Assembly: GCF_006345805.1 (NCBI RefSeq)
Contig: NW_021833787.1
Span: forward strand, 1 to 55,141
Length of the DNA: 55,141 nt
Origin: Octopus sinensis
Lineage: Eukaryota
Reading direction: 5' to 3'
Below are positions 26,945 to 39,818 of the stretch, one piece after another. Within the stretch, counting starts at the first letter, position 1. The number at the start of each line of letters is the position of its first letter. Both the position numbers and the translations under genes were made by a program. The notes under the pieces are model-generated. The model was not told where the DNA came from and ran no database searches. It saw nothing but the letters and a program-made list of their open reading frames with translations.

Positions 26945-27386
26945 AATGCCCTGATGCAGTACCAGGCAGTGGCTCTCATGGCTTCTGATCTTAAAACTGA
27001 TTGGAAGTGTTATCAGGTACATTGTTTTGTCTTGGTATAAAAAGATGGGCTACAACAAATATTCTGTTCAATACCACAGATTTACTTGTCAGTTGTTTGA
27101 CCATAACCAGTTGAGCATGTCCCTTGGTGGCTGACGAAATAATGATAATAATAATAGGCTACAGCAAATATTCTGCTCAATACCACAGATTTGCTTGTCA
27201 GTTGTTTGACCTTAACCAGTTGAGCATGTCCCTTAGTGGCTGACGATATGTGCATCTCTGATCACGAGCAGAGGTAGTGGGGGAGCATCATAGCCATGTG
27301 CTGAGAGGGATTCTTAGAGGTTTGGATAATTCACCTCTGGAAATATTGGTGTTTCGCTCAACATCCTTAAACAACCCTTATTCAGG
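26945..27386. mobile_element. Unclassified non-coding repeat within the Dong/R4 cluster, with a 90-bp duplication
   Basis: 27048-27137 duplicated at 27157-27246 with a TAA-like spacer; preceded by (TAA)n. Confidence 0.5.
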
Positions 27387-27700
27387 GAGAAATACCAGCC
27401 ACTGCGGGAGGAGATAAGAACGTTATGGGGCATGAGGAAAGTATTTGTGATACCAGTGGTAATTGGTGCATTAGGACCGGCTACAAAGGGCTTTGAAAAA
27501 CATATAAGAATATTGGAGCTGCTGTCGGACTCGAGGTGATCCAGATGACAGCATTGTTGGATACAGCTCGCATTCTATGGAAGGTATTGTCTCTTTGAGT
27601 CACAGAAGAAGGCACTACTTGAAACCTTTGGTGATTTGTTATTGCCTGCTTTCAAGTAAAGAATAACCGGTAATTAAGAACTATCCGAGAGTCTTTAAGA
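27387..27700 (+). mobile_element. 3' end of a second R4/Dong-like family
   Basis: EKYQPLREEIRTLWGMRKVFVIPVVIGALG...EVIQMTALLDTARILWKVLSL* (stop 27596-27598), short 3' UTR, then (CAA)n(TAA)n. Confidence 0.8.
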
Positions 27701-27723
27701 ACAACAACAACAATAATAATAAT

Positions 27724-27787
<64 letters not shown>

Positions 27788-28329
27788 GCTATGCCAACAT
27801 TATGGAATAACAACAGAAAAAAGATGGTATAGGCACACACCAGAAAAGGTCACAGAAAACGAGAAAGCAACCATACTCTGGGATATGCCGATACACACAG
27901 ATAGAGAAATTAAGGCCAACAGACCAGATATAGTTGTCAGAGATCATGAAGAAAAAAATGCTTTCTAATTGATGTATCAATACCGCAGATGACAACGTGT
28001 CTCTAAAAGAAATGGAGAAACTCTCAAAATACAAAGACCTGGAAATAGAGGTAACTAGAATGTGGAACCTGAAAACAGAAACAATCCTATCATAGTAGGT
28101 GCATTAGGCATGATAAAAAAATATTCAGACAAATACATAACAAAAACACCAGGACTTACAAACACATATAACATACAGAAAATTGCACTACTAGGCACTG
28201 CACACATCCTACGCAGAACACTTTCCATACAATAACCATCAGAGCATCACAACAAATCACAGCACATACCCAAGGCACACAGAGCTGCGCTCGGTAGTGA
28301 AGTGAAAGCACGCTATAAAAATAAAACTA

Positions 28330-28332
<3 letters not shown>
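27788..28332 (+). mobile_element. 3' end (RLE domain) of a third R4/Dong-like family
   Basis: LCQHYG...WYRHTPEKVTEN...ILWDMPIHTDREIKANRPDIVV...KLSKYKDLEIEVTRMW...VGALG...TAHILRRTLSIQ* (stop 28233-28235); (TAA)n on both sides. Confidence 0.9.
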
Positions 28333-28402
<70 letters not shown>

Positions 28403-29189
28403 TAAATATTATGGTTTCTGATTTATGCCACCGTTTTTCGATGGGTGGGGAGTAGACGAAACCATCAACCACAATTCTTAACTTGTACTTTATTTTACCG
28501 ATCTCTGAAAGACGAAAGACAGAGTTAACCGCAGGGAAGTGGGATTTGAACTCAGGATATAAAACGTTGAAATATATATTTTCCCGATGATCTATCACCC
28601 TCGTCAAACAATCTATAATGAAGGAAGAAATGTGCCAAAGGTACTACAGGAAGCATATTCCCTATAAATGAAACCATTAAATCAGGAGCAGCGCAAGGAG
28701 AGAATTCAAGAACTAATCATGGGCGTATTTAATGTAGAAAAAGCTAATAAAAGACAAATACAAAGAAATTAAAAAGAAAATACGAAAATATTATCAGGAA
28801 AGGTTCCTAGTTTTGGTCAGCCCTTGTGCAGGTCCTGCGCATGTGAACCTTCTCCAGTACTCACTCTATAGTGTCTATAAGTGTCAATGCGCTCCCTTGC
28901 GGCTCTTAGGTGGATTAATGGTATTACGGCTACCATGACTAGACTTGAGATGAATACTGGAATCGTTTCCGCACCGTGTAGGCAGGATTTGAACTCAGAA
29001 TGTAGGGAACCGGAAGATATACCTTATGGCACTTCTGCTGACACGTCATCAATTCTTCCATTCTCACACCAGCAGAGCGGCGTGCAATGAAGTGTTTGGC
29101 TCAAGAACACGACGCAACGCCCGGTCCAGTTGTCCAACCGTGACCGCAACACGTGGACCTCTAATCTATTTGCGAAGAATGGGATTAAT

Positions 29190-29805
29190 ATTGGTTTCAA
29201 ATATTAGACGAGGAACGGGTTAAGTTGATTAGATCGACTCCAGTACGCAACTGGTACGTATATTATCGATCCCGAATTAAAAAAGGTAGAATTTGAACTT
29301 AGAAATAGAGTCAAACAAAATGCCGCTAAACATTTTTCTCTGCGTGCTGACGTTTCTGCCAGCTCGCCACTGTCAAATATTCTTTTCTACTCTAGGCACA
29401 AGGCCCGAAATTTTGGGGGAAGGGGACCACTCGATTAGATCGACCCCTGTAATAAAATGATAATGATATTATCAATCTCCAATTAAGGAAAGGCAAGGTC
29501 GACCTCGGTAGAATTTGAACTCAGTACGAGCGACAGACGAAATGCCGCTAAGCAATTTCCCTGCGTGCTAAAGTTTCTGCCAGTTTGACGCCGTTAAATA
29601 TTCTTTTCTATTCTAGGCAAAAGGCCCAAAATTTTTGGGGAGGGGCCGGTCGATTAGATCAACTCCAATACGAAACTGGTACTTAATTTATCAACCCTTA
29701 AAGGATGAAAGGCAAAGTCGACCACGGTAGGATTTGAACCCAGAACGAGATACAGACGAAATGCCGCTAAGCATTTCGCCCTGCGTGCTAATGCTTGTGC
29801 CATCT
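29190..29805 (-). mobile_element. Head-to-tail trimer of SINE family 2
   Basis: Three units with AAATGCCGCTAA...CTGCGTGCT...TGCCA heads; junctions T(C/T)AAATATTCTTTTCTA at about 29373 and 29594. Confidence 0.8.
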
Positions 29806-30168
29806 CTGAGCCCTGTTTTAGATTAATATTAAAACTCAATTCACTACTAGAAATAAAACAATAAGTATAAATACACTTGCTATCTCCGTTATATTCTAGA
29901 ATCTCGACATCACAAACTGGAAGTTGAATGTATTTGAAGATATTTATATAGAGACAACGAAAACCAAACGCATTACATAGTTCTGAATCAAATAACGAAA
30001 TATGATGGAGGAAAAAAATATATCAACATCACAAACAAGACAAACGGTGAGTGAAAGAGAGAAATCTGAAGAAAACATACAACGGTGAGGCTGGGAATAT
30101 ATTTGTGAGGAGGAAAAATGGTAGGATTAATGGAAAAATGAATCAGGAAGAAAAACCGGGAAAAAATA

Positions 30169-30251
<83 letters not shown>

Positions 30252-30373
30252 CTCTCTATCTATCTATCTATCTATCTACCTATTTGTGTGTATATATATA
30301 ATATACACACACACATAAGTATATATACATATGAATATATGTATATGTATATATATATATGTATTTGTATAAA

Positions 30374-30407
<34 letters not shown>

Positions 30408-30611
30408 CATACACACATAAGTATATATATATATTTACATATATACACTTATATACATATATATATAAATATATATATATATTTACATATATATACACAT
30501 ATATACACATATATACATGAATATATATATATGTATATATATACACGTGTATATATATATGTATGTATATATATATATATATTATATGTGTATATATATG
30601 TATAGATAATG

Positions 30612-30680
<69 letters not shown>

Positions 30681-30999
30681 ATGTATATGTATCTTGAAAA
30701 ACAAAGAATAGATGAGAAACTAGATACACCGAGGAAAAATCGGTAAAGACAAAGCCAGAGAAAAGATAGAAATACAAAAGGAAAAAAAATAGAATCGGAA
30801 TTCGAAAATATGGTGAGGAAAAAATAGAGAAAATCCACTTCATATTCAATATACCGTAAAACCGACAGAGAGGAAATAAACCGGAGTGAAAGTAAGCAAT
30901 GGTTCAATGACACTGCGCTAAAAGTAGAAGAATATGGTCTGGTTTTAGCAGCAATAGACCAATTCTTAACCAAAAATTATTACGAAAATAAATAAGGAC

Positions 31000-31180
31000 A
31001 GCCGCAGGTGTGGTTGCGGAGCTACGAAATTCTATTTGCAAGCAGCTGGTTCTGGATTCAATTCCAGTGCAAGGAACCGTGCTCAAGTGTGGTATACAAT
31101 ATATCCGGGCCGACTAATGCATTTTTTCTTTGAGTGAATTTCGTAGACAAAACTATGGTAATCCGCAATATATGCGTACA
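31000..31180 (+). mobile_element. Degenerate SINE family 1 head
   Basis: GCCGCAGGTGTGGTTGCGG...GGATTCAATTCCAGTGC...CGGGCCGAC...GAGTGAATTTCGTAGAC. Confidence 0.6.
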
Positions 31181-31227
31181 CACATACATACACGCATATA
31201 AATATATACATATGTGTGTGTGTGTGA

Positions 31228-31261
<34 letters not shown>

Positions 31262-31357
31262 TTACATATATACATACATATATAAATATATGTATATAAT
31301 TTTTCATTCATTTTATCTAGTTTCAGCTCACGAGCTGTGGCCATGCTGGGCACCGCC

Positions 31358-31402
<45 letters not shown>

Positions 31403-32025
31403 AAACGATTTCTGTTCAATCTGCGTTCAGCTCCATCTTCAATTCACCAATAATATTATATATATATATATGTATATATATATATTTACATATATACGCA
31501 TATATTTACATATATACATACTTATATGACTAGACGCACAGATAGATACATTGATGGATGGCCGGAGATGTGTTACATATATAGATACAATATATACATA
31601 TACATATATATGCGTGTATATATTATATATGCGCATATATATATATGTGTGTTTGTGTGTGTGTTTATGTGTGTCTTGGTTTGTGTGTGAGTAAATGTGT
31701 ATGTGTATCATTTTATTTACTTCTGTGGCCAAGCATTCTATATTTTGTATAACTGTGTTATATTATCACGTCACCTTTTTAATTTACTCTTTGTAGCATA
31801 ATTACAAGAGAGAATGTGAGACTAGAAATGATTCCAAAGCCTCTCTGTTCCCACATCTCATCTTGTAAACGCGTTTCTCCATCCGCTCACGTACATTGTG
31901 ATCCTGCTCTGTATTGAACTGTCTGCTCGCATGACTGCTTGTCTTGAAAAACAAAAAGACCTTTCCATGTTTCTCCATAAGTAACGCGTTCACTTTCCAG
32001 TATGACTGAATGCTGACGAAGAGAG

Positions 32026-32064
<39 letters not shown>

Positions 32065-32667
32065 AGGAGGAGACACAATGAGACCAAGGTACAGACTGAA
32101 ACCAAATAATATAAAAATAATTCTTCCCACACACACACACATACAAAATAACACATATATACAAATGAACAAACGAAGAGAATATGATATGCAATACATA
32201 AAAGTTAATATAATAGCAATCGTAGAAGTTAAGTTAGTTTAGCTTCTAATTATTTATTTTTGAAAAAAATTTTATTGGCTTCGCTTTCATTGAATGTTTA
32301 AAGCTAATGACTATTAAAAAAGAAATGGTACTTTGAAAGCGGCGTCGGATAACTCAAAGTCAACAACAAACGCAAAACTGTCTCTGCGATGTTGTTGCAC
32401 ACACTTCCATGAGGACACACACACACACACACGTATATAGATATATATGCGTACATATGTACATACACAGACAAACAAACGCACATATATACATATACAT
32501 TTATTTGTATATTCATACACACATATACACACACATATGTATATATATATATATATATACATAATTACAAACACACATATACATATATACATATATATAC
32601 ACATACATATATGTATATATGTATTTATATACATACATACAAACATACATATATATATGCATACAGG

Positions 32668-32699
<32 letters not shown>

Positions 32700-32740
32700 C
32701 GTACATACAAACAAGTATACATATATCTATATATACATAC

Positions 32741-32771
<31 letters not shown>

Positions 32772-32845
32772 TACACCTATATGTACGTATATATTAGACG
32801 GGTATTCATATGTATATATGAATGCCTGTACTTTATAACACACCG

Positions 32846-32892
<47 letters not shown>

Positions 32893-33500
32893 CCATATAT
32901 ATGTAGATTTTTGTATCTATATATGTACACACTCTGCGGCCATCCTTCCGTGCGTCTAGATATATATGTTTGTGTATATGCATCTATGTATGTACGCAGC
33001 TATCTCTCTATCTGTGTATCTAAGCCTCCATTCAAAGAAAGAAACAAACACACACACATAGTAATTCATCACACTCGTCTTTTTGTACACACCAAACATG
33101 TCTACGTATATATATACATACAAATATTAATAACAAAATCCGTATCAATCTATTCCTGTTACACCGAAACCTAGTCTTCAAGGTAAAATTTATTTCAACA
33201 TAAATTATTTCAATATTAGCTTTCCATAGTAATATTTCTCTTTCGAAATTCATCTTGCGTGTACATCATTTCATGTCTATTACATAAACTTTTACATTAG
33301 GGTGTATCATGCACAGGATAAACGACGCTATTATAATACGGGTATATTTTCAGGGATATTATTATACACGCGGGGAAGGAAGGCTCTCTCTCTCCCTCAC
33401 TTTCCCATTCTATTTATTCTTACAGGCAAGGGTGTATTTACATACATACATTCATATATATATATATACACTCACGCACATCTATCTATCTATTTGTCTG

Positions 33501-33593
<93 letters not shown>

Positions 33594-33888
33594 ACATACA
33601 TATATACATATATATATATATGCATATATGCGTGTATATATGCATACATTTATATGTAGGTATAAATATAAATATAAATGTATACAAATATATATAATGT
33701 GCTTGTCTGTGTGTTTAAGTATGAATGTGTATGTCATTTCTCTATCTTTTCATCTATCTTCCTATATATCTATCTCTCTTTCTATCTTTCTATCTATCCA
33801 ACTATTAGTCTATTTCAAACACACACACACACACACTCTCTCTCTCTCTCTTTGTACACACACACACACACACACACACATACACACA

Positions 33889-33922
<34 letters not shown>

Positions 33923-33925
<3 letters not shown>

Positions 33926-34132
33926 CCATGTTGATTCGCTAGCTTCTGCACGCATTTTTTTCTCTCCTTGTTTCTCTCCGTGTTTCTTTACTGTGTATCT
34001 TTCTGTCAAAGAGCGTAGGCTCGAAACCTAAAAGACTTGTTTCATTTATATTCCTGAGCGCCATACTAATACAATTGTTTGTTTATATTCCACCTGCCTT
34101 CGTTTTTTGTTTATTTTCATAAAGCTTCCCGT
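33923..34132 (+). mobile_element. Hammerhead-bearing element, subfamily B (core decayed)
   Basis: CTTT CTGTCAA A GAGC-GTAG-GCTC GAAA C CTA AAAG (33999-34034); (TA)n on both flanks. Confidence 0.72.
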
Positions 34133-34441
34133 TATATATATACGTACCTACATGCTGGTCTTCCCACCTCCCTTTCACTCTCTCTCTCTACTGAAGCAAT
34201 ATGCTTCCAATAAGACACTCCCTCTTTTTTCCATCTGGAACCTTCTCTGAACCTCAATCTAATGCCTTCACTCTGCACATTCTCTTGATTTTCATTCATT
34301 CTTAGTTTTGATTTGCTTATTCTCTCATACACGCACGGACCATCTCCGTTCTTTCGACGATGATTTTAATGACTTTATTCTTGACTTGTTATATTAAACT
34401 TAGTTTCCGTTACACCTTTCAATTGCCTTATATATTCGTAT

Positions 34442-34700
34442 GTGGAGGCGCAATAGCCTAACGGTTAGGGCAGCGGACTCACGGTCATAGGATCGCGGTT
34501 TCGATTCCACCCAAAGATCCACGAAGCTCCGGCAGGGGCATGTGCGAACCCTGTTGTATTATTTCAGCACAACTTTCTCTCTCTCTTTCTTCCTGTTTCT
34601 GTTGTACCTGTATTTCAAAGGGCCAGCCTTGTCACACTCTGTTTCACGTTGAATCTCCCCGAGAACTACGTTATGGGTACACGTGTCTGCGGAGTGCTCC
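34442..34700 (+). mobile_element. SINE family 3
   Basis: GTGGAGGCGCAATAGCCTAACGGTTAGGGCAGCGGACTC...GGTTTCGATTCC head; GAATCTCCCCGAGAACTACGTT body. Confidence 0.85.
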
Positions 34701-34818
34701 TAATTTTCCTACGATACTAAAGTCACGTAATATATAACATACCATCACATGATCAACTTTTTAGAAGACCTTGAGAAAACCAAGATATATCGCTTCAACA
34801 CATAAACACACACACACA

Positions 34819-34858
<40 letters not shown>

Positions 34859-35397
34859 CAGTATTGGTTATATCTAAAATATAGCTTGCCTTCATTCAAC
34901 TTTGGGTGTTTCGAATCTCTACCGTAACTCTCTCCCGTTTTGGGGTCACCAGACATCGTCAAATCCCTTCTCATTTCTTCTTCCCTTCAAGCTTAATTTA
35001 TCTCTCGGGCTGCATAACCAACAAAAGGTTCTTTCGGATATCTCTCCCATCCTGCGCACATCTCATTTCTCTCTGTCCGACACTTTTCCACATACTCGAA
35101 CGGGTGGGAACATTCTAAGACCATCCTCGACTAGATATTGCTATGCCGGCCTTATCTTCTCTCTGCCATTCAAAACCTTTTCGCTGTTGTTCATCTGAAG
35201 AGCAACCTTAAGCAACCTCACACATGAGCCTCGAAAAATCAAATTTCTTTGAAGGCCTACGAGTACACGATTTAACTTCACCCCTCCTTGGTCAAGTGGA
35301 TAAGTACCAGTAATATAACATGGCCAGTGGTAGAGGGTCTTACTTGAATGACATTTAGATGCTCTTGTCAGTATGTTGAATCACTACAGAAAATCTT

Positions 35398-35426
<29 letters not shown>

Positions 35427-35428
<2 letters not shown>

Positions 35429-35640
35429 TTAATCTCCTCCAAAAAGCACGACAAATAACAATAAAAACGTGAGGTCGTGGTACATACAAATTATTAATAA
35501 GACGCTCAAGGAAGGAAAGAAAGAATGTTTTACGTTTCGAGAAAAGCACTTCTTCAGAAATCGGGGACAGAGGAAAGTCCAAGAGAGACGGAAGACGGAA
35601 GAAGAAAATCGCCAACAATGTACATGTAGTTAATTTTGGA
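35427..35640 (-). mobile_element. Hammerhead-bearing element, subfamily A-related
   Basis: Minus strand TTT CTGAAGA A GTGC-TTT-TCTC GAAA C GTA AAA (35528-35560; intact core, damaged stem II); (TA)n on both flanks. Confidence 0.72.
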
Positions 35641-35644
35641 ATAT

Positions 35645-35705
<61 letters not shown>

Positions 35706-35828
35706 ACATAATATATATTTATATACACACACACATATATATATTTATACATATTTACATTACATGCATACCATAAATACATACCTACATCATAGATATT
35801 TTATTTATGCATATACATATATATAACA

Positions 35829-35867
<39 letters not shown>

Positions 35868-35885
35868 GCATATATATATACAAAA

Positions 35886-35925
<40 letters not shown>

Positions 35926-36596
35926 GCATATTATATATAAAACATACATATAATATATAATATATATATATATATATATATACATATTTTTTTATACGTA
36001 TACATATGTGTGCCTGTGTATATATATATGAATATGGATAGGTAGATGTGGGATAGGACTATGTAAGTCAGAACTTGTTATATATTATACGCAGTGTGCC
36101 CGTGTGTGAGGCGGTAGTGCTGGTGGCAGCGGTGGTGGTGCTGTGTGTGTGTGTGTATATATATATACGTGAGCCTGGGTTTGTATGTGACTGCGAACCT
36201 TAATGCATGCAACCACACATAAACTCATATGAAATAATTTTCTATTTCTGATATTTTTCAAATAGCAGCGCTCGGCATCGAGGAGGACGCTGATTACAAA
36301 GATAGGAGAAGCCTTGGGCAAATAGATTTAAGTGTCTCGCTCAGGATATTACAGAAGTAATAACCAATAAGCTATTTCGTTGCTCCCCATCAGATTCAAT
36401 TTAGTTATTCATATGTACATATGTATATGGATGTGTGTGCGTCTGTATATATCTGTGTATAAAGGTATCTCTATATATTCATTTGTCCATTTGAATATTT
36501 ATATGAATGAAGATATATATTATATATATATATATATACATATGTATATTATATAAATGTATATAGATATGTATGTGTATTTATATATATAAATAT

Positions 36597-36638
<42 letters not shown>

Positions 36639-36696
36639 CATATATATACATACTATATATACATACATACATACATACATATACATATATATATAT

Positions 36697-36751
<55 letters not shown>

Positions 36752-36845
36752 TGCATATATTTAGAGGGGAGAAAGTGTGCGAGAACGAGATACGTTGCAT
36801 CCATTCATATATAGATATATATATATATATATGCATATATGTTAG

Positions 36846-36905
<60 letters not shown>

Positions 36906-36929
36906 TATACATATATGTATATATAATAT

Positions 36930-36965
<36 letters not shown>

Positions 36966-37923
36966 GCATACATGTATGTATATATGTATGTATGTATATA
37001 TATATATAGGTACGCACACACATACATGTGTGTGTGTGTGTGTGTATTTACTACTTAATTCCCTGAAGGTTATGCGTATGTTTTGCGAATTTCAGAATAT
37101 ATTTATTCGGTTTACATTTACGTATTCTAAAACCCCCATACACACACATGCACACTCAATGACGTACATACACATACGTATATACACACTTTAAATATAT
37201 ATATATATATGTCTGTGTGTGTTTGTGCGTCCGCGTTTGTATATGCTCTCTTTGTACGTTATGGCTCATGTGAATGTATCTATACATCCTCATGAGATCA
37301 AGACAGATATCAGAAAGACAAATGGATGAGTGAAAGTGAGAGGGAGAGATGGAGAGATGGCGAGAAAGAGAGAGTAAAAGAGAGAAAGAGAGAGGGGAAG
37401 AGAGAGCCAGAAAGAGAGAGAGTAAAAGAGAGAAAGATCGAGGGGAAGAGAGGGAAAAAGAAAGAATTTTGTTAGATGACAGTTTCTACTTCATACAGAA
37501 AGTATCAAGAATAATTCTCAAAGACAAATGTAAATGGCGGAGAAAGGCATCCTATGTTTAGTTTGGTAAAATATTTTCGTTGAGGTTATTGCGAAATTAG
37601 CTTTGTTTTAATATGTTTTTATTAATTCCTACACATCTCGATTTGGAAATCTTGATGTTAGCAAATATACGTTATTGATTTGGATCGAATATATTAATTT
37701 CTGGTATCGGGTCGCTAACAAAAGTCTTCGGAACTGCGAGATGCCGCTTAAAACGACCCAAGTTCTTATTTTACAACCATTTCTTATCGTACAGACGAAC
37801 CACGGCTTGCCGAGATTTGCACTAAGCTTTTTGACATCGTTTGAATATAGAACCTGTATTGTGTTGTATTTTTTGGTGGGTCATTTTGCAAACAAACAAC
37901 ACACGCGCATGTTCTATTTCAAT

Positions 37924-37972
37924 TCGGTTGTCAAGCAATGTTGGTGGGGGGTTACAAACACAGACACACAAG

Positions 37973-38024
<52 letters not shown>

Positions 38025-38180
38025 CATACATATATACGACTTCTTTCAGTTTCCGTCTACCAAATCCACTCACAACGCTTTGCTCGGCCTGAGGCTACAG
38101 TAGAAGACACTTGCCCAAGGTGCCACACAGTGGGACTGAACCCGGAACCAAGTGGTTCCTAAGCAAGCTACTTACCATAC
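37924..38180 (-). mobile_element. SINE family 1, partial
   Basis: + strand TTCTTTCAGTTTCCGTCTACCAAATCCACTCAC...CTTGCCCAAGGTGCCACACAGTGGGACTGAACCCGGAACC. Confidence 0.85.
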
Positions 38181-38624
38181 GGGGGAGTTTGGAGTGTATT
38201 AAATCGATCCGGTCATTGAGTGTTATTTTATTTATCGATGAAGGAAGGGACAACAAAGCAATATATACCACAGCAAGATTTAATCATCGTAGACTGTGAA
38301 GATACGTAACGTAATACTGTTACACGTTCCGTCTTTTCTCTGCCATTCTACCGAATTGTTACCAATCAACGCAACTCCCTTCCGCCTATCACTCTACGGT
38401 ATGTTTTACCACACTATTGTTAGACGTTTTAGTCTTTCAATATTCCGTTGGTTAGCAATCAACAGCATGATATTTAAATCATAACCTCCAGCAAATTATC
38501 CACCAATCAATAGCGATGTATGTTAGTTTGTTTATCACGCTACAAGTTGTTAGAAAGATTGAGTGTATGATATTTAACCTATCACTGCATCATTTATTGT
38601 TCCAATTCTCTTCAACATTTTTTA

Positions 38625-39395
38625 GATTTACCAATCTACTGCAAGATATCGTAGGCGGTGATTCTATCATTTGTTCTCCCAGCCCTCAAAAAGGCATCAT
38701 ACTTTACCAAAGCATCAATATTCCAGTCTACCATCATACAATAAATTCTACCAACACAACTCCCTACAGGATAGTATTGTCCTCCACTCTATCAGCTATT
38801 GTACCAGCCAATGCAAAGCATTTCTGCAATTATTCTACCAATGCATTACAAGACATTTTAATGTGTCAGTGCCATTTCCATTCTACCAATTCACTGTATG
38901 ACACTTTAATAAGTCTCTCAACCAATGTATTTAAATGTATTCCAAGAAAAGTTAGTCTGTAACACCTATTTTCCCCTCCTAAACTCCACAAGACATTTTA
39001 GTATGCTACAATACCAAATCTTCTATCAATCCACTACAAGGGACTATAGTTCGCCAGTCTAAGGTTTGTTCTACCAGTTCTCTACAAGATACGTAACTTT
39101 ACCAACCCAACAGTCCTTCCAATAACCTATTGCAAGGAAAGAAAGCTTGTTTGTTGTTCTACGATATCTTCTACTAAAGCACCGCAAGATATTTTAAACT
39201 GCCGTTCGTCCGTTCGTTCAGGCCAATGCTTTATAAAACAAAGAATTCTTCAAATGAGATTCAATACAATGTATTTTAGTTTTCAACTAATCCAATGGTA
39301 GACATTGTAGTCTACCATTCACCAAATGTTTCTACCAGTCCACTGCGATACATTTTAAACCAACCTTATCGCTTCGTCTACCAAACTCACTTCCT
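38625..39395. repeat. Degenerate minisatellite, period about 48 bp (TTCTACCAAT...CTACAAGACATTTTA)
   Basis: TTCTACCA-like anchors 48 bp apart at 38833/38881, 39021/39069 and 39282/39330. Confidence 0.65.
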
Positions 39396-39534
39396 GCCCG
39401 TAGCAACAACAGCGGTAATGTTTGATCTTCTTTTGATATTGGCAAATTGTCACATATTATGGTGGAAGGGTTTAGGGAAAGAAACCGGTCCCAGTATTCC
39501 ATTCCACGAATCATGGTGGGATTAAAACTGTCAA

Positions 39535-39560
39535 AACTACTACTACTACTACTACTACTA

Positions 39561-39593
<33 letters not shown>

Positions 39594-39755
39594 CACCACC
39601 ACCATCACCGACACCATCACCGACACCATCACCACAACTACAACTATTACTACTACTACTACTATCACCACAACCGCGACCATCACCACCACCACCACCA
39701 CCACCACCACCACCACTACTACTACTACTACTATCACCACAACCGCCCCATCCCA

Positions 39756-39796
<41 letters not shown>

Positions 39797-39818
39797 CACT
39801 ACTACTACTACTGCTACT
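39535..39818. repeat. (CTA)n/(CCA)n trinucleotide array
   Basis: Directly visible. Confidence 0.95.
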
